A DNA stretch of 32,496 nucleotides from Chloroflexota bacterium (GCA_009908585.1 JAAAOZ010000004.1:1-32496); one strand, 5' to 3'; positions 1-7,389 are shown, numbered from the stretch's first letter. Notes: generated by a model not told the origin, from the letters alone. Numbers and translations are program-made.

Positions 1-17
1 GCAATCCTCAAAAACCG

Positions 18-26
18 TGCTATAAT
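18..26 (+). promoter_or_regulatory. extended -10 promoter element TGcTATAAT (-35 at or beyond the window edge)
   Basis: TG at 18-19 and TATAAT at 21-26. The same TGnTAnnnT layout recurs in front of operons at 4131, 9641 and 11833. Confidence 0.45.
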
Positions 27-32
27 AGAGAT

Positions 33-216
33 AGTGGCGGAGGGACTGGCAATCCCGGCGAGGCCCGAACTTTGACAGCAAGGCAACCGGTATCATAGAA
101 GCGCTCTCTTCTTGGGAGCGGTTTGTAGCGGTTTAGCGTGCAGGAATGCCAACCTGTGCGCACCAAAACCGGTTGCCGACCGCCAGACCGTTCCCAAGAG
201 TAGAGTGCTTTTTTGT
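33..216 (+). ncRNA. structured leader RNA (candidate riboswitch/attenuator, sRNA or cis-antiterminator RNA)
   Basis: Nested helices 82-90/169-177 (9 bp perfect) and 36-40/180-184. Hairpins at 102-108/114-120 and 136-144/153-161. An alternative helix 99-117/192-210 runs into T-run 209-214. No plausible ORF on the + strand. Confidence 0.4.
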
Positions 217-244
217 TACCAATTAGCCATAGGAGGGTAAGAAT

Positions 245-442
245 ATGATAACGGTTAAGGAATTGATCGCGCAACTTTTAGAGTTTGACGGCGAAACGCC
301 GGTTGTTGTTGATGGCTACGAGGGCGGATACGACGACGCTCTTCACACCCGAAACCTACGGGGCCTCAAGCGAGGAGGCACCCTACTCAGTGGAAGGCAT
401 CGAGAAAGCAATAACGGGGAAGATGCTATTTTGATCTCGTAA
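245..442 (+). CDS. hypothetical small protein (65 aa)
   Basis: ATG preceded by GGAGG at 232-236. The ORF sits between two T-run elements. No recognisable motif. Confidence 0.7.
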   Translation: MITVKELIAQLLEFDGETPVVVDGYEGGYDDALHTRNLRGLKRGGTLLSGRHRESNNGEDAILIS

Positions 443-458
443 GACGGGCGCTTTTTTG
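436..458 (+). terminator. weak candidate intrinsic terminator/attenuator
   Basis: Short hairpin CTCGT-AAG-ACGGG (436-448) followed by CGCTTTTTTG. It overlaps the stop codon at 440-442. Confidence 0.3.
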
Positions 459-480
459 TTACCACAAATAGGAGGATGCT

Positions 481-1419
481 ATGAATGTTGCCGTGAAGTT
501 TCACAAAGTCGCATCCATCTTTCCTATGATGGACGAAGATCAATTAGCAGAGTTGTCCGCCGATATTGAGAAGAACGGCTTGATTGATGCAATCTGGACT
601 TACAAGGGCGAGATCGTAGACGGTCGAAACCGTTACCTTGCTTGCCAGCGCGTAGGCGAAACGCCACGTTACCAGGAGTGGGGCGGCGGCAGCCATGAAC
701 AGCTCGTGGCTTTCGTAGTTGCTCTAAACCTAAAGCGCCGCCACCTTACCAGTTCCCAGCGCGCGACAGTTGCACTGGCAATTGAAAAAGTCTTAGCAGA
801 AGAAGCCAAAGAGAGACAAAATAAACTTGCCGGGACAAGGCCAAATCTCAATCCAGACCTTGTGGAAGAAATTCCACAAGGTCAAAAGGGCAAATCACGC
901 GACCAAGCCGCCGAAATCGCAGGCACAAATCCTCGTTACGTACAGGACGCTAAGAAAATCGAATCCGAAGCACCTGACCTACTTGAAAAGGTTGCCGATG
1001 GAAGCATGAGCATCCCCAAGGCCAAGAAGGAATTGCGCAAGCGCGAACGCGAAGCCGAGCGCGATGTAATACTGAAAATATTTGATGACACGGGTATGCG
1101 TGCCGCCGGCGTCGCCATCCGGGTGGCCTACCCGGATGCGCAAACTGACCGAGACCTCCCCGACCGCTACATCTACCAAGAGGACGAGGACGCCGACCAA
1201 ACCCTGGCCCTGGAATTGTACCGGGAAACTGGTAGCGAGGAACTGGGGCATGCCATAGCGAGGCAATGGCCGGGAACAGAACTTCCCGCGCCGAGGAAGA
1301 CGATCTGGACGTACACATGCGCATGCGGGCAGGAAAACGAAGTGCGAGCGCACACACTGGAAACGACGTCGCACTTTTGCCCAAGGTGCGGAAGGATGAA
1401 TAAGAAGGAGGAGCTATGA
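481..1419 (+). CDS. ParB/Srx-like N-terminal domain DNA-binding protein with C-terminal zinc ribbon
   Basis: AGGAGG RBS. N-terminus FPMMDEDQLAELSADIEKNGLIDAIWTYKGEIVDGRNRYLAC matches the ParB-like nuclease-domain pattern (DGxxR). Central HTH-like KSRDQAAEIAGTNPRYV. C-terminal CxC...CPRC. Confidence 0.85.
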   Translation: MNVAVKFHKVASIFPMMDEDQLAELSADIEKNGLIDAIWTYKGEIVDGRNRYLACQRVGETPRYQEWGGGSHEQLVAFVVALNLKRRHLTSSQRATVALAIEKVLAEEAKERQNKLAGTRPNLNPDLVEEIPQGQKGKSRDQAAEIAGTNPRYVQDAKKIESEAPDLLEKVADGSMSIPKAKKELRKREREAERDVILKIFDDTGMRAAGVAIRVAYPDAQTDRDLPDRYIYQEDEDADQTLALELYRETGSEELGHAIARQWPGTELPAPRKTIWTYTCACGQENEVRAHTLETTSHFCPRCGRMNKKEEL

Positions 1420-1511
1420 CGATCAGAGATGGAGAAATGATGGTGCTTTTAGTAGAAGAGGAAGAAGTATACATTCATATAAAAGATAGCCTAGAAGGAC
1501 TGACAGAATGA
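1416..1511 (+). CDS. 31-aa micro-ORF coupled at both ends
   Basis: ATGA overlap with the ParB-like stop (1416-1419) and with the next start (1508-1511). AAGGAGGAG RBS at 1404-1412. Below the 60-aa cutoff of the ORF track. Confidence 0.45.
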   Translation: MTIRDGEMMVLLVEEEEVYIHIKDSLEGLTE

Positions 1512-2683
1512 GTAACCCGGAGACATTCAAATTCGCACTGGCGCGAGTGCTAACAGATCGCCCTATAGCCTATCATCCAGAACTGGCCAGCATCGGAGGC
1601 GGAGCCGCTGCTGGAATTTTCTTATCCCAACTTCTCTACTGGACACCGCGCGGAAAATTACCCGATGGCTGGATATGGAAGTCCGCAAAAGAATGGGAGG
1701 AGGAGACCGGCCTAACACCAACAGAGCAACGCCGCGCACGGCGAAAGCTAAAAGAGCGCGAGTTGATAAACGAGGACTTGGCCGGCGTCCCCGCTACCTT
1801 ACATTTTCAAGTCGACCTCGACCGCCTCGCGGAGCTATTGACCGGCGAAGGATTCCCTCAGGACAATGATCCCCTCCCTCGCGACGAGCATGGAAGATTC
1901 ATCAGCGAGGAAGAAACACCCAGTTTACCGGAAACCGGCAAACTGAACGAAGCGCCTCCCAGTTTACCGAAAACCGGCAAACTAGATCACCGAAAACCGG
2001 AAAACAAGCATGCCGGAAATCGGAAAACTAGTTCTCCGGAAACCGGGCAACTATCCAGAGATTACCCAGAGACTACCCCAGAGATTCCAGATATTATCTC
2101 GAATGAACCACAACCAACCTCGGAAGAGTCTACAACCAGCGCAGAAGAGCAATTCACTTCCCTTTTTGGACCAGACCCGGAACCAACAAAACCAAAAGAG
2201 AAGATCGACTGGACAAACGAGGAGGAAAGAAACCGCCGCCTGCGCAATGCCTCCCGGCGCTACGGAGAACGAACAGGAGCCACAGGCGCAGACCCCGACC
2301 GAAGACGCATCCACGCCCGCGATGGGATCTCCGCAGAAAACCTTTACAGCGTCCACAGAACCCTGCGTGACGCCGGCATCCCCACACCAGGCAGCGACGC
2401 CCGATGGCGACGATGGCGTCCCATGCTGGTTGCGCTTTACCAGGAAAGCAATGGCGACCTGGAGAGAGTTAAGGCCGCCGCCGAACTCCTGAAAGAGAAA
2501 ATGCGCGAAGGGTACGCAAAGGGGATCGGCAAATGGAGCGACTACATCGGAGAAGCGCAGATGCTCCGCCAGAAGAAAGGCGGCGCGAAGAAATACACTC
2601 ACCCCGATGACAACCAACCCGGCGAGATCGACGAACTCGCCGACCGTGATATGCAGAGAATCTTAAAGCTGGAGGAAGCATGA
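1508..2683 (+). CDS. putative replication initiator/replisome organizer (lambda-O-like logic)
   Basis: 391-aa ORF immediately upstream of, and overlapping, a DnaC-like loader. N-terminal winged-helix-like region. The central low-complexity linker is encoded by iteron-like DNA repeats. Confidence 0.7.
   Translation: MSNPETFKFALARVLTDRPIAYHPELASIGGGAAAGIFLSQLLYWTPRGKLPDGWIWKSAKEWEEETGLTPTEQRRARRKLKERELINEDLAGVPATLHFQVDLDRLAELLTGEGFPQDNDPLPRDEHGRFISEEETPSLPETGKLNEAPPSLPKTGKLDHRKPENKHAGNRKTSSPETGQLSRDYPETTPEIPDIISNEPQPTSEESTTSAEEQFTSLFGPDPEPTKPKEKIDWTNEEERNRRLRNASRRYGERTGATGADPDRRRIHARDGISAENLYSVHRTLRDAGIPTPGSDARWRRWRPMLVALYQESNGDLERVKAAAELLKEKMREGYAKGIGKWSDYIGEAQMLRQKKGGAKKYTHPDDNQPGEIDELADRDMQRILKLEEA
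1921..2052. repeat. five iteron-like direct repeats, consensus CCGRAAAYCGG(G)MAA(A)CT
   Basis: Copies at 1921-1944, 1960-1983 (24 nt, one mismatch to the first), 1989-2005, 2012-2029 and 2035-2052. Confidence 0.7.
2055..2088. repeat. three tandem 11-12 bp repeats CCAGAGAYTMC next to the iterons
   Basis: ccagagattac / ccagagactac / cccagagattcc, followed by the AT-richer gatattatctcgaatgaa. Confidence 0.6.
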
Positions 2684-3513
2684 CCACACAGGAACCAAAG
2701 CACGTCGGAGACATCGCCCGCGCTATAAGGGATCAGGCAATCCGCAAGCACCCGCAAATCGCAACCGCACCACGAAAGCCACCCACCGACAATCTGGGTC
2801 TTGGCGATCCGGAATGCGAGCTATGCGGAGGAGTTGGGTTTGTACGTCTTGAAGTAGAGCGAGATCATCCAAAATTTGGCAAACTCCTGGTCTGCCCAGA
2901 GTGCCGCGCCGACTACCAGCAAGAACTCGCCCGGCGCGCCTACGAACGCCACGTGGCCACCATCGAACAGTACAGCATCATCCCGCGCCCCGACGCGACC
3001 TTCGAGGAATTCAACCACTCAAACCGAACCGCCAACATTCACGCGGCTAAGATCGCCGCGCGGCGCTTTGCTCAAGGAGAAGCAAAGAACCCCTGGCTTG
3101 TCCTTTACGGCGAAGTCGGAACCGGGAAGACGCACCTGGCCATGGCCGTTACCCACGTCCTCCGCGAACGCCAGGAATCCGTGCTCTTCGCCAGCGCGCC
3201 GGATCTCCTCGACTTACTGAGGCCAGGAGATGACAAGTACACCGATGAGCTATTATCCATAGCTCGCGAGGTCTCATATTTGATCATCGATGACCTCGGA
3301 ACTGAAAACCGGACGACGTGGGCATTCGAAAAACTGTATCAATTGATCAATCACCGCTACAACACGCTAACCCACCTCATGCTAACCCTTAACGACTCCC
3401 CCCGCGACTTACCCGACCGCCTCGGATCGCGTATCGAAGGCCCACAAACCACACTAATTCGTGTGGAAGACACAGACTATAGAAAGAAAATGAGGAGAGA
3501 AAAACATGCCTAA
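2680..3513 (+). CDS. DnaC/IstB-like AAA+ helicase loader with N-terminal zinc finger
   Basis: Walker A GEVGTGKTHLA, Walker B LIIDDLG, N-terminal CELCGG...CPEC. ATGA overlap with the upstream gene and a GGAGGA RBS. Confidence 0.9.
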   Translation: MTTQEPKHVGDIARAIRDQAIRKHPQIATAPRKPPTDNLGLGDPECELCGGVGFVRLEVERDHPKFGKLLVCPECRADYQQELARRAYERHVATIEQYSIIPRPDATFEEFNHSNRTANIHAAKIAARRFAQGEAKNPWLVLYGEVGTGKTHLAMAVTHVLRERQESVLFASAPDLLDLLRPGDDKYTDELLSIAREVSYLIIDDLGTENRTTWAFEKLYQLINHRYNTLTHLMLTLNDSPRDLPDRLGSRIEGPQTTLIRVEDTDYRKKMRREKHA

Positions 3514-3715
3514 TGTCATAGTTGGAGAATATCCCGGAACTCGCCGCGCCGCTTGCATGACCTGCGGGTCCGAGAGGATTATGGCCTGCCCCATTAACGC
3601 GGACGCCACAGCCATCGAGTGCTTAGCATGCGGATCGATCCGGTTTGTACCGGCGCGCATCATACCCGCGACGCGGCAGGACGTCGCCGCTTTGCAGATC
3701 GAGGAGGGAACTTAA
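3506..3715 (+). CDS. small zinc-ribbon protein (69 aa)
   Basis: CMTCG...CLACG pairs. Start overlaps the end of the loader gene. GAGGAG RBS. Confidence 0.65.
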   Translation: MPNVIVGEYPGTRRAACMTCGSERIMACPINADATAIECLACGSIRFVPARIIPATRQDVAALQIEEGT

Positions 3716-3717
3716 CC

Positions 3718-4098
3718 ATGATCAAAACTAACAAAGGCGAGGAACGCGAGCGCGCCCTCCTTGGCCTTCTCCGGGTCTCACAGCGCACGCAGGATCTCCC
3801 CACCGTACCAACGCCAGATCGCCACCTTGACGCCGAGGATAGTCAACTCAAGGTCGCCGGCCTCAAATTCGACTTCGCATGGATCAAGGCCGGCGTTCTG
3901 TTGGAGTTGGACGGCGGCCAATGGTTACCCGGCGGCGGACGCCATGGCAGCGACAATGACCGCTGGAAAACTATGCAGGCCGTGGCCCAGGGATGGCGCG
4001 TGATTCACATCTCCCCGGCGATGGTTGAGAGCGAGCCGGCGCGAATGCTGGAATTGCTCAAAAGCGCCCTTGACACAGACAAAACGACGCCTTTCTAA
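3718..4098 (+). CDS. PD-(D/E)XK-type nuclease, Vsr/DUF559-like (126 aa)
   Basis: Start moved to the ATG at 3718 behind GAGGAGGGA. FDFAW...LELDGGQW...GRHGS...WRVIHI resembles the Vsr/DUF559 endonuclease fold pattern. Confidence 0.65.
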   Translation: MIKTNKGEERERALLGLLRVSQRTQDLPTVPTPDRHLDAEDSQLKVAGLKFDFAWIKAGVLLELDGGQWLPGGGRHGSDNDRWKTMQAVAQGWRVIHISPAMVESEPARMLELLKSALDTDKTTPF

Positions 4099-4123
4099 GG
4101 GATTCACGTCTTAGATGTGACAT

Positions 4124-4156
4124 TTGACACTGGTATCATTTCCGGGGAAATGATAC
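4124..4156 (+). promoter_or_regulatory. promoter (TTGACA 4124-4129; extended -10 TGgTATCAT 4131-4139) overlapped by a 24-bp perfect palindrome
   Basis: GTATCATTTCC-GG-GGAAATGATAC at 4133-4156. This is the only sizeable intergenic gap between 481 and 7347. Confidence 0.5.
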
Positions 4157-4194
4157 GATTAGGGCAGGATAGAGAAAACGATGGAGGAAACGAG

Positions 4195-4413
4195 ATGATA
4201 ATTAAACGCGCTAAGACGGCCTGGCAAAAGATCAAATGGCGCGCCCGCGCCGCCTGGTGGTGGGCAGACGAGCAATTACCCGTGCTTTGCGATTGTGGGC
4301 ACGTAGTAAAAAAGAAATCCATCAGATATGAAACCACGACCTGGGGGAAAGTGGTCTTGTTTTGCCCCAGGTGTCACGACGAGAGATTTGGAGGATCAAA
4401 TGAGCTTCGGTAA
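4195..4413 (+). CDS. small zinc-ribbon protein (72 aa)
   Basis: ATG at 4195 behind GGAGGA (4183-4188). CDCGH...CPRCH. Confidence 0.6.
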   Translation: MIIKRAKTAWQKIKWRARAAWWWADEQLPVLCDCGHVVKKKSIRYETTTWGKVVLFCPRCHDERFGGSNELR

Positions 4414-4789
4414 AGTCATCATAGAAGCAGCGCGTCAGATTGAGGAAGAGGAAGGCCCGCTTCCTAGGAGAAATAGACCGAAAAGGCGGACGGCGCATTC
4501 ATGCCGCTACTGCTACACCTTAATCCCGGAAGACGCCACGTTTTGCGAAGATTGTCGACAAGAGCTTAACCAGGGATTCGCCGTTCGCAGTCTGGCAGGC
4601 AGATGCGCCAACGGAGCAGAGCGAGACCATGGCCGCTTGCACCACGCTTTACCATTTACCCGCGACGGAATTTCTCACAAGGCCCTTTGTGGGGCAACGC
4701 CTGGACCCCGAAGCGCCGGATGGAGTACCTGGGGGCAGGGAGAGAAGGTGACCTGCGAGCGCTGCCTGCGGAAGATGAAGAACCAATGA
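4400..4789 (+). CDS. Cys-rich hypothetical protein (129 aa)
   Basis: ATG at 4400 behind GGAGGA. CRYC...CEDC and CERC motifs. Confidence 0.65.
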   Translation: MSFGKVIIEAARQIEEEEGPLPRRNRPKRRTAHSCRYCYTLIPEDATFCEDCRQELNQGFAVRSLAGRCANGAERDHGRLHHALPFTRDGISHKALCGATPGPRSAGWSTWGQGEKVTCERCLRKMKNQ

Positions 4790-5085
4790 AGCGCCGATGG
4801 TGGCCCCACCTCAAAAACAAGCGACGCGAACCACCGCAGACGCAGGCGGAAGCACGCCGGCGCGAGGCCAAGCTAAATACAGACGCCTACCGCCGCTATC
4901 TGAGATCTCCGCGCTGGCATGTCAAGCGCCTGCGCGTACTCATTCGGGACGGCGGGAGATGCCAGATGTGCGGACGCTACGGACGCGACGTCCACCATTT
5001 GACATACAAGCGAATTTTCAGAGAGCCACTATTTGACCTGGTGACGCTTTGCCGAGAATGCCATACCACACTACACGGGAAGTAA
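4786..5085 (+). CDS. HNH-family endonuclease-like protein (99 aa)
   Basis: ATGA overlap with the upstream gene. CQMCG...VHHLTY...LCRECH..LH is the HNH beta-beta-alpha metal finger pattern. Confidence 0.8.
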   Translation: MKRRWWPHLKNKRREPPQTQAEARRREAKLNTDAYRRYLRSPRWHVKRLRVLIRDGGRCQMCGRYGRDVHHLTYKRIFREPLFDLVTLCRECHTTLHGK

Positions 5086-5093
5086 CAAACAAT

Positions 5094-5345
5094 ATGAAAA
5101 TTAGAGACTTGACACAATGCGAATGGCAGCGAGCGCTCCGGGAAGATGACGTGGAGACACTCGACATGACCTGGTACAACTGGGATCGCGAGACCCCGGA
5201 GCTACACGACGCCACACCAGATGACCTCCGGCCCTACGTCCCGCCAGGCGACCGCTATCTCTACGACCAGGCCATCGCTGCCGGATTGAGTCAGGAAGAG
5301 GCAATGAAGCGCACCGAGGACATTGGAGTTCCACATGAAGATTAG
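5094..5345 (+). CDS. hypothetical protein, paralog A (83 aa)
   Basis: MKIRDLTQCEWQRALREDD... The first ~55 residues are clearly homologous to the next gene. Confidence 0.65.
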   Translation: MKIRDLTQCEWQRALREDDVETLDMTWYNWDRETPELHDATPDDLRPYVPPGDRYLYDQAIAAGLSQEEAMKRTEDIGVPHED

Positions 5346-5622
5346 AGACTTAACGCACACAGAATGGAAACGCGCACTTCGGGAAGACGATGCCCAGACG
5401 CTCGACCGCTGCTGGTTTAACTTTGACCGCGACACCCCAGAACTACACGACCGCACCCCCGCCGACTTGCGCCCCTACCTCCCAACGGACGCGCGCCGAG
5501 CTTACGCAACGGCCATCGTCTTGTTAGGGATGACCGCGCTCGACGCCTGGGACATAGCTATATCCGGCGTGATTTGCGAGCAGTTGGAACGCGCAGAAGA
5601 ACTCGGCCTGCTGAACAACTGA
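5335..5622 (+). CDS. hypothetical protein, paralog B (95 aa)
   Basis: MKIRDLTHTEWKRALREDD... GGAG RBS. Overlaps the end of paralog A. Confidence 0.65.
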   Translation: MKIRDLTHTEWKRALREDDAQTLDRCWFNFDRDTPELHDRTPADLRPYLPTDARRAYATAIVLLGMTALDAWDIAISGVICEQLERAEELGLLNN

Positions 5623-5626
5623 AACC

Positions 5627-6352
5627 ATGATGATTCCCCCTTTAGTCTATTGTGCAAACGGCAACAAAAGACTAGCCAGAATCGCCGTAGACGCCGGCTG
5701 GTTATACGGAGCACAACTCCCCGGCACAGTCTACACAGAAGAAGTCGCGCCGTTGTGGTTTGCGGATCAGGACTGGAAAACCCCACGGCGTGAAGAATAC
5801 GTAAAAGCGATAGCAAAGCATCACCCCGAGCAGGCTACTGTGTTGGATTTGGAGCGCGAGGAGCAGATCACGGAGGTCATTGATTGGGCAGAGGAAATCG
5901 CACCCTATGTAGATCGCGTTATTATCATACCTAAGGTGTTCGGAATTATACCGGAAATACCAAAGCGAATCGAAGGGGCGGATGTCATTCTGGGATATAG
6001 TGTGCCAACCAGATACGCAGGAACCGAGGTGCCCATTTGGGAATTCGGGCATCGCCCAATCCACCTGCTGGGCGGAAGTCCGCAGAAACAACTATCACTT
6101 CGGAGATACCTTAACGTAGTAAGTGCAGATGGTAACTATGCGATGAAAATGGCGATGCGCTATTGTCAATTCTGGGTACCAGGAACGGCGCGGTATGCTA
6201 AAAATCGCTGGTGGCCTACGATGCGAGAAGCAAACGACGGAGAATTATGGCCTGGCGAGGATGCGCCTTACGAGGCATTCCGGCGAAGTTGTAAAAATAT
6301 AATAGATGCATGGAAACCAATCAAAACGCAAAAACCAGAGGAGGAAGCATGA
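5627..6352 (+). CDS. hypothetical TIM-barrel-like protein; possible TGT/DpdA-like transglycosylase (low-confidence function)
   Basis: 241-aa ORF with alternating beta-strand-like hydrophobic runs. HLLGGSPQKQ(...)VVSADGNYAMKMA resembles the LMGVGxPxD...DMFDCVxPTR segment of tRNA-guanine transglycosylases as I recall it. Confidence 0.7.
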   Translation: MMIPPLVYCANGNKRLARIAVDAGWLYGAQLPGTVYTEEVAPLWFADQDWKTPRREEYVKAIAKHHPEQATVLDLEREEQITEVIDWAEEIAPYVDRVIIIPKVFGIIPEIPKRIEGADVILGYSVPTRYAGTEVPIWEFGHRPIHLLGGSPQKQLSLRRYLNVVSADGNYAMKMAMRYCQFWVPGTARYAKNRWWPTMREANDGELWPGEDAPYEAFRRSCKNIIDAWKPIKTQKPEEEA

Positions 6353-7347
6353 CCACCATAAACGCAGGAATTGATGTAGGATATGGCAGCACGAAAACCG
6401 TCGTCCATAACAGGCGCCGATCCACTACCCCCTCGATCATCGGCCCCGCCGTTCGTATGGAGTACCAGACAGGATTCCACAACAACGGCGCCGGCGATAT
6501 GCTCATGGAGATCGGCGGGCAGAAACTCTTCGTAGGCGACCTGGCGCGTCGCCAGAGCAACGCCCCGCGATCCCCTCTCGGCCGCGAGCGCGACCTGGAA
6601 TTCGTCAAGGTCATGGCCCTGGCCGGGCTATTCTCCGTCGGGATTCACAATGCGAACGTGAACCTGGTGACCGGCCTGCCCGTCGCATGGTACACAGATC
6701 ACGACGCCCTCGAGGACGCCCTGGCCGGCGCGCATAGCTACGCCGTCAACGGCGAGCCATGCGAGATCGACATCCAGAGTGTACGCACAATCCCGCAACC
6801 TTTCGGGACGCTCTACCGCGAGATGATACAGGATGGCATCGCAACCGATCCGCACGGCTACGCACACGCGACCGTGGCCATCGTAGATATTGGCGATGGC
6901 ACGACTGACTTTGTGGTGAGCAAGGCCCTGGAGTACATGCAACACGATAGCGGGCTATCCGGGAGCATCGACGTGGCCGCCGCTGAAATCTACCGCCACG
7001 TCCAGCAGCAACTCCGCGAGCATCACCAGGCGGAGTATGCACGCCGGGAGATTGAGGCCCTCCTGCACACCCGCAGCAGCGTAAGGATCGCCGGCGAAGA
7101 GGTGAGCCTTACAGAATTCGTCGCGCCGGCCCTGGACTTTGTAGCTCACCAGATTTTGGACTGGATGAGTGAGCACTGGGGCAACGCGCGCCAATTCGAG
7201 TACCTAATCATTACCGGCGGCGGCGCGAACCTCCTCGCCAAAGATATCCGCGAGGCTTACCCGTTCTCTACCAGAACGGGAAGCCCGCAGATCGCCAACG
7301 CAGCCGGCATGGCCGAGCTCGCGGCCCTTCATGCACGCAACGCATAA
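6349..7347 (+). CDS. ParM/StbA-type actin-like segregation ATPase
   Basis: Actin-fold motifs GIDVGYGSTK (phosphate 1), VAIVDIGDGTTDF (phosphate 2) and LIITGGGANLL (adenosine). ATG at 6349 behind GAGGAGGAA, with ATGA overlap. Confidence 0.85.
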   Translation: MTTINAGIDVGYGSTKTVVHNRRRSTTPSIIGPAVRMEYQTGFHNNGAGDMLMEIGGQKLFVGDLARRQSNAPRSPLGRERDLEFVKVMALAGLFSVGIHNANVNLVTGLPVAWYTDHDALEDALAGAHSYAVNGEPCEIDIQSVRTIPQPFGTLYREMIQDGIATDPHGYAHATVAIVDIGDGTTDFVVSKALEYMQHDSGLSGSIDVAAAEIYRHVQQQLREHHQAEYARREIEALLHTRSSVRIAGEEVSLTEFVAPALDFVAHQILDWMSEHWGNARQFEYLIITGGGANLLAKDIREAYPFSTRTGSPQIANAAGMAELAALHARNA

Positions 7348-7389
7348 CGCCCCCAATAACGGCATTAGTGCCGTGCATAGTGAGGTTAT

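Noticed and set aside
36-161. Firm call of a SAM-I (S-box) riboswitch
   Set aside because: Only three short core strings match my memory of the consensus. The k-turn segment and the P1 5' strand are missing, and the strongest helix (82-90/169-177) is not part of the S-box architecture. I kept it as a hypothesis to test with a covariance model, not as a feature call.
20-274. 84-aa minus-strand ORF across the leader region
   Set aside because: It has no RBS and runs antisense through the structured RNA and through the RBS and start of the 245 gene. The sequence is Arg/Pro/Leu-rich. It is more parsimonious as non-coding.
950-1474. Minus-strand ORFs of 131-174 aa opposite the ParB-like gene
   Set aside because: These are shadow ORFs in GC-rich coding sequence. 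They have no RBS, show Arg/Pro/Ser-rich composition, and are fully overlapped by a motif-supported + strand gene.
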